DNA of 64,000 bases from Clostridiaceae bacterium (GTDB taxonomy: Bacteria; Bacillota; Clostridia; Acetivibrionales; DTU013), in contig JAAYPO010000081.1 in NCBI GenBank assembly GCA_012519745.1, positions 5,096-69,095 of the forward strand, read 5' to 3'. Made by a program: the position numbers and the translations under genes. Positions within the stretch are counted from its first letter, which is position 1. The number at the start of each line of letters is the position of its first letter. Under the pieces are notes generated by a model. That model worked only from the letters and a program-made list of their open reading frames with translations, ran no database searches and was not told where the DNA came from. This document shows positions 49,551 through 57,406 of the stretch, in pieces.

Positions 49551-50225
49551 ATGGAATTGCCGGGGGATAACATGATCGGATCGACTGCCGGAAACCTGGA
49601 AAGACCGGGTGTTTTCAACTTAATACTGAGCGGTATCAGCAAAGCGGTCAGAATGATCATTTCATTCAGGCCCAGGGACCTGCTGTCTGAAGACCTAAAA
49701 TATAGAATATATTATTACCGCTCCTTTATTCCTGATCTGTATAGGAGGCATTCGTCACAAAAGACTGCAAATTGCCTGTTTTGCCGCCATCTGGTCAAAT
49801 CAGAATACCATAGATATTGCCTCATATGCACAAAGGGGACTTACGACCATTGTTATCTTCCTCTCCCAGCCATACTGTACGAAGACTCTGCTTCAGCAGA
49901 CAGCTCCAAGACCCTGTTCAAGCCCTGGTACTTCATGAAAACCTGCAGCAGCTTTGAAAGACTGCCCGGGAAGCAGTATGCCAGAAATCTGCGGTTTCTG
50001 CTCTCATCCATCACGATACACAACTATGAGACACTGGAGGGTTTGGAAAATGGTATCCTGTCCGGCAGCAGACCCTGCTATATCTGTGCCTGTGTCGATT
50101 ACGACCTGTACAAGAGATGCAAAAGACAGGGTGATTATGATATTTGTTCACCCTGTCCTATTATCAGGAAAAAGCTTGAGTCTGTCTATGAAAACCACAG
50201 ATCATCCATAAGACCTGCCGGATAA
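49551..50225 (+). CDS. Orphan Cys/His/Tyr-rich hypothetical protein (start possibly the ATG at 49572)
   Basis: This is the only long ORF in an 850-bp gap, open for 224 codons. It has CxxC-type pairs (CLFC, CLIC, CYIC, CSPC). The ATG at 49551 has no convincing SD, but GGGGGA precedes the ATG at 49572. Confidence 0.4.
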   Translation: MELPGDNMIGSTAGNLERPGVFNLILSGISKAVRMIISFRPRDLLSEDLKYRIYYYRSFIPDLYRRHSSQKTANCLFCRHLVKSEYHRYCLICTKGTYDHCYLPLPAILYEDSASADSSKTLFKPWYFMKTCSSFERLPGKQYARNLRFLLSSITIHNYETLEGLENGILSGSRPCYICACVDYDLYKRCKRQGDYDICSPCPIIRKKLESVYENHRSSIRPAG

Positions 50226-50228
50226 CCC

Positions 50229-51968
50229 TCAGTACAAAAGCCCTTTTATTATTCCCGTTACACTTTCTTTAATCTTGTCGAGCTTATTTTGTGCCTTCTC
50301 CATCGATGCTTCGGATACGCCATAATATATCTTTATTTTTGGTTCTGTACCTGAAGGCCTGATGCAGAACCAGGAACCGTCCTCCAATTCGTAATAGATT
50401 ACGTTAGAGGCAGGCAAGTCAAGTATTTCCCCGCTTCCGTCAGCAAACACCTTCCGTTCCTTCGTCATGTAGTCCCTTACGGCTTTCAGCCTGCAGTCAC
50501 CAAAACGGTCTGATTTGCGTGCTCTCAATGACTCCATTGCACTGCCTATCCTTTCGATCCCTTCCTTGCCCTCAAGGGTAAATGATGTTATCCCCTCAAT
50601 AAAATAGCCGTATTTCTTATATACCTCCTGTAGTCCCTCGTACAGCGACATCCCCCTGTTGCTGTAGTATGCAGCCATCTCTCCTATAAGCATAGCTGCA
50701 ACGACAGCATCCTTGTCCCTTGCAAAGGTGCCCGCCAGGTATCCATAGCTCTCCTCGAAGCCAAAAATGTATTTTTTAATGCCGGTCTCATCCAGTTCCT
50801 TTATCTTCTCACCAATAAACTTGAAGCCTGTGAGAACTTCGATCAGTTCTATATCATAATTGGCCGCGATCTTTCTTGACAATTCACTTGTGACGATAGT
50901 CTTGACGACAAATCCGTTTGCAGGAAGGGAGCCCATGGATTTTTTCTGGGAAAGTATATATTCCATCAAAAGACAACCTGTCTGGTTGCCTGTCAGCACC
51001 ACGTATTCTCCTGCCGAATTTCTGACAACCACACCTATCCTGTCACAGTCGGGATCCGTGCCTATTATCAGATCCACATCCTCCTTTTTTGCCAGCTCGA
51101 TTGCAAGCCTGAATGCATCTCTTTCTTCAGGGTTTGGAAATTTGACCGTACTAAACCCGGGATCCGGAAGCTCCTGCTCCCTGACAACAAGCACATCCTT
51201 AAAGCCTGTTTCATCCAATATCCTTCTGACGGGCTTGTTTCCGGCACCATGGATCGGAGTGTAGACTATCTTCATTGAACCGGCAGCCTTCTTCACCTCA
51301 TCCGGGTTCACTCTGAGAGTCTTAAGGCTGTTTATATAGGCATCGTCCACTTCCCTGCCGATCATGCGTATCAGGCCATTTTCCAATGCTTCCTTCTCAT
51401 CCGCAGGCTTTATGGCGGTCAGATCCTCGATGCAGTTGATTTCCCTCAAAACAGCTTCGGAAGCCTCCAGCGGCAGTTGTCCGCCATCCTCGCCGTAAAC
51501 CTTGTAGCCGTTATACTGTTTGGGGTTATGGCTGGCAGTGATCACAATGCCCGCAGCTGCTTCAAGATGCCTGACTGCAAATGAAAGCTCCGGAGTCGGA
51601 CGCAGTTCATCAAAAAGATACGCCCTGATACCATTGGCAGCAAATACTTTTGCAGCCTCCATTGCAAATTCGGGTGATTTGTTCCTTGAGTCATATGCTA
51701 TAGCTATGCCGCGCTCCGCCGGATCACCGGCGTTTTTGAGCAGATAGCCGGCCAGTCCCTGTGATGCTTTCCTTACTGTATATATGTTCATCCTGTTGGT
51801 ACCTGCTCCGATGATTCCCCTCAGCCCTCCGGTACCAAAATCCAGATCCTTATAAAACCTTTCCTCTATTTCATTTGGATCATCTTTTATCTGCTCCAGT
51901 TCCTTTTTTGTTTCTTCATCAAAATAATCGCTCTGCAGCCAAAAATCGTATAATGCCCTGCTATCCAT
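50229..51968 (-). CDS. Phosphoglucomutase / phosphomannomutase family (PgcA-like)
   Basis: Active-site TASHNPKQYNGYK, Mg loop GTDPDCDR, and GEESYG-like FEESYG. Confidence 0.92.
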   Translation of the reverse strand: MDSRALYDFWLQSDYFDEETKKELEQIKDDPNEIEERFYKDLDFGTGGLRGIIGAGTNRMNIYTVRKASQGLAGYLLKNAGDPAERGIAIAYDSRNKSPEFAMEAAKVFAANGIRAYLFDELRPTPELSFAVRHLEAAAGIVITASHNPKQYNGYKVYGEDGGQLPLEASEAVLREINCIEDLTAIKPADEKEALENGLIRMIGREVDDAYINSLKTLRVNPDEVKKAAGSMKIVYTPIHGAGNKPVRRILDETGFKDVLVVREQELPDPGFSTVKFPNPEERDAFRLAIELAKKEDVDLIIGTDPDCDRIGVVVRNSAGEYVVLTGNQTGCLLMEYILSQKKSMGSLPANGFVVKTIVTSELSRKIAANYDIELIEVLTGFKFIGEKIKELDETGIKKYIFGFEESYGYLAGTFARDKDAVVAAMLIGEMAAYYSNRGMSLYEGLQEVYKKYGYFIEGITSFTLEGKEGIERIGSAMESLRARKSDRFGDCRLKAVRDYMTKERKVFADGSGEILDLPASNVIYYELEDGSWFCIRPSGTEPKIKIYYGVSEASMEKAQNKLDKIKESVTGIIKGLLY

Positions 51969-52082
51969 ACCTGTCCTCCAAATGTGCTTTTATGTATAAG
52001 ATTTACTTTGTATTTTACCACAATATATGAAAATAAAGAAAGGGGGTAACAGAATGATTGATATTACAACAACCCAAAAGTG

Positions 52083-52289
52083 TCCTGGTGGATGAATTTG
52101 CAGGTAAGGGCAGCTCAAAAAATCCTGGTGGATGAATTTGCAGGTAAGGGCAGAGATTTCATTATGTTACAGTAACATAATACTCAATATCTCGATTTAT
52201 GTATTCTAATTATGGACCATATGCAATAATATTGCTCTAAACCAATCAGTCATCTTACCCTTAGTTGCAAATTCATCCACTAGGATTTT
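52083..52289. repeat. Dispersed repeat element, copy C (canonical orientation)
   Basis: Arms TGGATGAATTTGCAGGTAAGGGCA at 52089-52112 and 52129-52152 (40 bp phase). A perfect 10-bp hairpin ATTATGTTAC-a-GTAACATAAT. The core is about 80% identical by eye to copy A. An inverted arm TTGCAAATTCATCCACTAGGA ends at about 52286. Confidence 0.85.
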
Positions 52290-52297
52290 AAGCTGTA

Positions 52298-52358
52298 GGA
52301 AAGGGGACGTTTCTCAGCCATCGAAGCCATGCCTCATGCAGAGAAGCGTCCCCTTTCC
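52298..52358 (-). terminator. Long hairpin 2 nt after the spoIVA stop (no clear U-tract on the minus strand)
   Basis: GGAAAGGGGACG(TTTCTC), a 25 nt loop, then (GAGAAG)CGTCCCCTTTCC. The T-run is on the plus side only. Confidence 0.4.
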
Positions 52359-52360
52359 TT

Positions 52361-53839
52361 TTACAATATTATACAGATCAGGCCGCCGCTGCCTTCGTTT
52401 ATGATCCTCTGGAGAGTCTCCTGCAGCTTGTTCTGGGCATCCTCCGGCATCCTCAGCAGCTTGTTGTGCAGGCCTTCACTGACCAGTTCATGGAGCGATT
52501 TGCCAAATATATTGGATTCCCATATCTTTCCCGGCTCGTTTTCAAATTCCTTTAGAAGGTAATTGACCAGCTCCTCCGACTGCTTCTCAGTACCCACAAG
52601 GGGAGCTATCTCCGTCTCAATATCCGCTCTGATCATGTGGACCGACGGCGCCGAAGCCTTCAGCTTGACACCGAAGCGGTTGCCCTGCTTTATTATCTCA
52701 GGCTCATCCAGTGTCATCTCTTCCATCTGTGGAGTTACAACACCATACCCCCTTAATTTGACCTCATGCAGCGCAAACTCCACCCGCTCATATTCCCTCT
52801 TTATCCTGGCCAGGTCCTTCATAAGGCTTATGAGCATGTGCTCGCCTTCAATGCGCAGTCCTGTTGTATCACTGAGCACATTATAGAACAGGTCCTCGGG
52901 AGTATCCACCTCGATGAGCATTTTGCCAACACCGGCGCTGATCTCCGCTAATTCAGCCTTCCTTATGAATTCATACTGGGTAAAGCCTGCCATTGCATCC
53001 TTCGCTTCACGGATCTTCTGCACACCATTCAGCGTATCCCTGATGGCCTGAAGCATATCTACCCTCAGCCAGTGATCCTGCTCAAGGGTCTCCACCCATC
53101 TTGGCAGGTTTATCCCTATCTCGCACACAGGGAACTCATAAAGTATGCGCTCCATTATCGCAGTCATATCTTCACTGTGCATCTGAGCACAGTTGACGCT
53201 GATGACCGGCACCTCGTATTTTTCCTGAAGCTCCAGTCTCAGTCTTTCAGTTTCCTCATCCTTTGGTATGACAGAATTCAACACTATCACAAAGGGCTTG
53301 TTGATAGCCTTCAGCTCACTGATCACCCTTTTTTCAGCTTCTACATAATCTTCCCTGTCAATATCGGTGATGGTGCCGTCGGTAGTCACAACCAGACCTA
53401 TAGTGGAGTGCTCATTGATAACCTTTTGGGTTCCCAGCTCAGCTGCCTGCTCAAAGGGGATCTGGTAATCGAACCACGGAGTGGATACCATCCTTGGCGA
53501 GTTGTTCTCAAGATACCCCAAAGCGCCCTTTACCAGATAGCCTACACAATCCACCATCCTGACCTTTAGCTTCAGGGTCTCGTCCAGAGTAATTTCCACC
53601 GCCTCGTTGGGTACGAACTTGGGCTCCGTCGTCATGATCGTGCGCCCTGTTGCACTCTGCGGCAGTTCATCCTTTGCCCTTTCCCGGCTGTAAACATTTT
53701 CTATGTTCGGTATGACCAACAGGTCCATGAACCTTTTGATCAAGGTTGATTTTCCTGTCCTGACAGGCCCTACGACACCTATATAAATATCACCTTGCGT
53801 CCTCTCAGCTATCTGCTGATATATGCTGTACCTTTCCAC
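52361..53839 (-). CDS. spoIVA: Stage IV sporulation protein A (spore coat morphogenetic ATPase)
   Basis: IYIGVVGPVRTGKSTLIKRFMD Walker A and the conserved C-terminus ...GSGGLICIIL. Confidence 0.95.
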   Translation of the reverse strand: MERYSIYQQIAERTQGDIYIGVVGPVRTGKSTLIKRFMDLLVIPNIENVYSRERAKDELPQSATGRTIMTTEPKFVPNEAVEITLDETLKLKVRMVDCVGYLVKGALGYLENNSPRMVSTPWFDYQIPFEQAAELGTQKVINEHSTIGLVVTTDGTITDIDREDYVEAEKRVISELKAINKPFVIVLNSVIPKDEETERLRLELQEKYEVPVISVNCAQMHSEDMTAIMERILYEFPVCEIGINLPRWVETLEQDHWLRVDMLQAIRDTLNGVQKIREAKDAMAGFTQYEFIRKAELAEISAGVGKMLIEVDTPEDLFYNVLSDTTGLRIEGEHMLISLMKDLARIKREYERVEFALHEVKLRGYGVVTPQMEEMTLDEPEIIKQGNRFGVKLKASAPSVHMIRADIETEIAPLVGTEKQSEELVNYLLKEFENEPGKIWESNIFGKSLHELVSEGLHNKLLRMPEDAQNKLQETLQRIINEGSGGLICIIL

Positions 53840-53969
53840 CCGATAACCCCCCTTAATCTATGGATATGCAAATAGAACGGGATTCACAATTAATATATAT
53901 GTCCGAAAAATCCTATTATTACAAAAAAGATAAGGGGTGGTCATTGGAAATAGAACGGGTCAGAGCATA

Positions 53970-54866
53970 TCACTTCTTCGTTTTTGCTGCGGTAAATATT
54001 CTCAGTATCTTGTGTATGAACAGAATATCGATGGGCAGACCCTTCCACTTCTCCCCGTCGATGCTCAGATGAAAGCTGGCATCACCTTCGATGATGCACC
54101 TTTTCGTCCTGAGCCACTTTACGTTCCTGTCATTTACAAAATCATAGTTCAAAACCTTGAAAAACAGACCTGCCATCTCAACAGGCGGACAGTTTTTGAC
54201 AAGGAGTATGTCCATGTATCCATCTGACAGATCAGCATCGCTGACCAGGTTGGAAAAACCGGCGGCATGCTTTCCGTTGAGGATCAGAAACAGCAGAAAC
54301 TCGTCCTCTACCACCTCGTCATCAGTGGTCAGCTTGAGCCTTACCGGCTTTACATTAGTAAGCTCGCCCAGAGCAGTAAGATAATATGCCAAAGGTCCGA
54401 AATTCTTTTTAAGATCGCTGTTGGTGCTGTAGGAAACATCCACAAAATTGCCTCCGGCACAGGTATTCAGGCAGTATTTCTCGTTGTTGATCAGTCCCGC
54501 ATCTATCTGCGAAATATGGCCGTCGAATATTATGTCCAGGCATTTTCTCATATCACTTGGTATATTGAGACTCCTGGCGAAATCATTACAGGTCCCTGCC
54601 GGAATGATCCCGATTGGAATATCTATACCCGTCTGGAGCAAAATGCTTGCAATGAAATTGACAGATCCGTCTCCGCCGGATATCACCACAAACTCGAAAT
54701 TCTCCTCCGTAAGTATCCTCTCAAGATTTTTGTCGCTGTCTGCGCTCATCCTGAACGGTATGGCCAGCAGGTCCTTTTCAAGGAAACGGCTGACGATATA
54801 ATCCAGCTTTTTCGGCACATTCCTGTTCCCCGACAAGGGATTGTATACTACCAAAACTTTCTTCAT
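53970..54866 (-). CDS. Diacylglycerol kinase family lipid kinase (YegS/DagK-like)
   Basis: MKKVLVVYNPLSGN, VVISGGDGSVN and GIIPAGTCNDFA motifs. Confidence 0.88.
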   Translation of the reverse strand: MKKVLVVYNPLSGNRNVPKKLDYIVSRFLEKDLLAIPFRMSADSDKNLERILTEENFEFVVISGGDGSVNFIASILLQTGIDIPIGIIPAGTCNDFARSLNIPSDMRKCLDIIFDGHISQIDAGLINNEKYCLNTCAGGNFVDVSYSTNSDLKKNFGPLAYYLTALGELTNVKPVRLKLTTDDEVVEDEFLLFLILNGKHAAGFSNLVSDADLSDGYMDILLVKNCPPVEMAGLFFKVLNYDFVNDRNVKWLRTKRCIIEGDASFHLSIDGEKWKGLPIDILFIHKILRIFTAAKTKK

Positions 54867-54970
54867 ATGAAATCCTCCGATTTATTCGTAATACACCTGA
54901 TGGTGTTGTATCTCAATACTCTGCAGTTTTTTGTCAAAAAACTACTTCATCTTGTTTCATCTTACAATAT

Positions 54971-56428
54971 TTAGTATTTTAATTCAACAACAACCGTATC
55001 CTCGTACACAGTGATCCCGCTGACCACTGCTTCTGCCATCTCATGGGTCAGCTCGCCCCTGGAAAACATTGCTGCCGCAGCTTTCCCCAGTGTGATTAGT
55101 TCAGATGAGGAAGCATCTCTGGTCCTGTGGCTTTCCACCTCACCTTCCAGCAATGCCAGCCGTCTTTCCAGCTGCAGGTTCATCCTCTCAAACAGCTGCT
55201 CCGAGATCCTGCCCTCAAGCCTGTCTTTGTAAAGCAGTTCCTGCTGGCGCCGGCCGTATTCCAACTGGGTGCATATTCTCGAATATGCAGCAGTGCGTTC
55301 ATTACTGCCCTGTGATGCTATTCTCTCCTGCAATTCCAGTATCTCCTTGTTATCTTCAAACAACCCTGCCAGCTCGCGGCAAATAGGCGCCACGATATCA
55401 TCCTCATAGACAAAATGGCTGGAGCATACTGCCTTTCCCTTTCTGCAGTAATTACCGCAGACATATGCCGTACCATTCCTGCGTTTCCTGGCGTACATAG
55501 TGCTGCCGCAGTCACCACAGGTCATTATGCCGTTCAATATGTGCCGGCTTTTGTTCCGGCTGATCTTACTGCTGTTCCTTGCATTCCTGAGCCTTTGCAC
55601 CTCTTCATATGCTTCCCTGGATATGATGGCCTCATGAGTACCTTCTGTTATTACCCACTTCTCCTGCGGAAGCCTCCGTGTCTTTTTGCTTTTGAAGCTG
55701 ACCTTTTCACTGACTCCCTGTACCGTATCACCAATATATACGCGGGAACAAAGTATACGTCTGACAGTTATCCTGTTCCACCCCTCACCCCTCGGTGCGC
55801 CGTACCCTTTTTTTTCCAGATATTTCGAAATGGATGAATAACCATGACCGGATATATAGAGAGAGTATATTATCTTTACGATATATGCCTCGGCTTCATC
55901 TATGACCAGCTTGTTTTTTTCAATATCGGACTTTCTATATCCAAAGGGCGCCCTGCCTAAATACTCGCCCCTTTGTATCTTAAAGCGAAGGCATGCGCGT
56001 ATCTTTCTGGAAATATCACGCACGTACCTCTCATTTACCCATGTCTCGATGCCTACGGTGTCATTGTCCACAAGACTGTCATAACGTCCGTCTGCGGTCA
56101 AGAGCCTGACGCCGCACTCCTCGAGGTAATCTATCATCTGCAGTGTCTTGGCATTGTTCCTTCCCAGCCGCGAGAGATCCTTCAGCAGCACCAGATCGAT
56201 CCTGCCGGCGGATATATCCCTTTTCAGCCTGTCCAGACCTTCTCTCTCAAACGCCGACCCCGACACATTATCATCGACATAAATGCCGCAGATCCGGCCA
56301 AGCCGGTTTACAGACACATACTCCAGCAGCAGGTCCCTCTGGTTCTCGATGGACTCATGGTTTTCTCCGCTGTCATCTCTGCTTATCCTGACATAGATCC
56401 CTATATTGCTCTGTCTGCAGTTCCCCAT
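54971..56428 (-). CDS. Large serine recombinase (resolvase N-domain, recombinase domain, zinc ribbon, coiled coil; SpoIVCA/TnpX-like)
   Basis: IGIYVRISRDDS...NQ (catalytic Ser region), DLSRLGRN, GRAPFGY, and zinc ribbon CGDCG...CGNYC. The C-terminus ...TVYEDTVVVELKY resembles the SpoIVCA end. The likely start is MGNCRQ at 56428. Confidence 0.9.
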   Translation of the reverse strand: MGNCRQSNIGIYVRISRDDSGENHESIENQRDLLLEYVSVNRLGRICGIYVDDNVSGSAFEREGLDRLKRDISAGRIDLVLLKDLSRLGRNNAKTLQMIDYLEECGVRLLTADGRYDSLVDNDTVGIETWVNERYVRDISRKIRACLRFKIQRGEYLGRAPFGYRKSDIEKNKLVIDEAEAYIVKIIYSLYISGHGYSSISKYLEKKGYGAPRGEGWNRITVRRILCSRVYIGDTVQGVSEKVSFKSKKTRRLPQEKWVITEGTHEAIISREAYEEVQRLRNARNSSKISRNKSRHILNGIMTCGDCGSTMYARKRRNGTAYVCGNYCRKGKAVCSSHFVYEDDIVAPICRELAGLFEDNKEILELQERIASQGSNERTAAYSRICTQLEYGRRQQELLYKDRLEGRISEQLFERMNLQLERRLALLEGEVESHRTRDASSSELITLGKAAAAMFSRGELTHEMAEAVVSGITVYEDTVVVELKY

Positions 56429-56631
56429 TATATGATGCCCGCTCCCTGGTGCCGCGGGACACAAGCCTCAGCAGCTTCAGCCTGATATCTCCGGCTTTCT
56501 CCCTGCCGGTATGGCAGATCACGATCCTTTTTTGCCGTTTCCTTCTCCCATCCACAGTATGAGGCCTCCCATCAGCACTTCTGATATATGGTATATATAT
56601 ATTTCATGGTATTTGTCCATTAGAAATGATA

Positions 56632-56661
56632 TTGTTCATCTGTGCAGGAACGCTGTATAAT
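56632..56661 (+). promoter_or_regulatory. Sigma-A type promoter of the 103-aa ORF
   Basis: TTGTTC, an 18 nt spacer, then TATAAT, followed by RBS AAAGGAGGG and the ATG at 56692. Confidence 0.55.
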
Positions 56662-56691
56662 ATATCTATTCCGGAAAGGAGGGTGAGCAAT

Positions 56692-57003
56692 ATGTCCAGA
56701 GAGATCCCAAGCATGCTCATGTCATTTTTGAAAACAGCTTTACAGGATGTGGACGATGGTTACGAATACGCCTCGGAATTGAACAGGATCCTTAATTCGG
56801 ATGATTGCCAGGCAGCGCTGTCTCCGAAGGAAATAGATGCCCTTCGGGAATATGCGGATGAGGTGAAAAAGGTAGGCGAGATAAATTACTATTCCACAGA
56901 GAGGATCCGGGAAATCGAGAAGGAGCACTTCGGCGAAAGAGGCATCCCCGGTTATCTGAAGGCTGATCACGGACAGCCGGAAAAACCCGTCTGGCCGTTC
57001 TGA
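56692..57003 (+). CDS. Small acidic hypothetical protein divergent from the recombinase
   Basis: Strong RBS (GGAAAGGAGGG, 8 nt spacing) and its own promoter. 103 aa. No family recognised. Confidence 0.6.
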   Translation: MSREIPSMLMSFLKTALQDVDDGYEYASELNRILNSDDCQAALSPKEIDALREYADEVKKVGEINYYSTERIREIEKEHFGERGIPGYLKADHGQPEKPVWPF

Positions 57004-57004
57004 A

Positions 57005-57400
57005 GCAGGCGGTGACAGGCAGAGGGTCGGTACGACATTCGGACTACAGCAAACATGCGGAAGGCCGGTACTGCATTCAGACATCTGGAACTGGAACAGG
57101 CGGAGGGCCGGTACTGCATTCAATGACTGCAAGCGTTACAGATGCTTCGGTATCACGCAGTTCAAATGAGGCACCAGGCACCACAACCTGCGGCACGGAT
57201 GCCGCAGGCGCTGCGTCCGAGCCACGGATGGCGAGTGACCAGCGCCCTCATTTGAGCAAGTGATGCCGATTAGCAGATGTTCGCGAAGCAGTCTGAATAC
57301 AGTACCGGCCCTCCACCTGTTCTGAAGAAGTCCGGCTGTCGTACCGGCCTTTCGCCTGTCTGCTGCAGTCCGGCCGCAGTACCGGACTGTGGTCGGATCG
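57005..57400. repeat. About 400-bp nested inverted-repeat structure with phased CGGTAC motifs
   Basis: CGGTAC at 57028, 57066 and 57109. The complement GTACCG at 57302, 57341 and 57379 (38-43 bp phase). The arms are mutually reverse-complementary. Inner palindromes include CCTGCGGCA-cgga-TGCCGCAGG (57187-57208) and TCAAATGAGG/CCTCATTTGA. Confidence 0.85.
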
Positions 57401-57406
57401 TCTGCT

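Larger units (their letters stand above)
54900..57406. mobile_element. Putative compact recombinase cassette or remnant of an intervening element next to the truncated rpoN (boundaries hypothetical)
   Basis: It comprises the serine recombinase, a divergent 103-aa ORF and a structured inverted-repeat block that ends within about 7 nt of the premature rpoN stop. The left boundary is a guess and no att sites were identified. Confidence 0.3.

Noticed and set aside
49375-50228. A large structured ncRNA (OLE-, ROOL- or GOLLD-like) in the 850-bp gap.
   Set aside because: I could not recognise any known motif or long-range pairing by eye, and a 224-codon open frame spans the region. It stays a low-probability alternative under the Cys-rich ORF finding.
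57012-57263. An 83-aa plus-strand ORF (and 56740-57132 on the minus strand) inside the palindromic block.
   Set aside because: The composition is Gly/Thr/Ser/Ala-rich and low-complexity, there is no RBS, and the ORF is generated by GC-rich inverted repeats. It is more likely non-coding.
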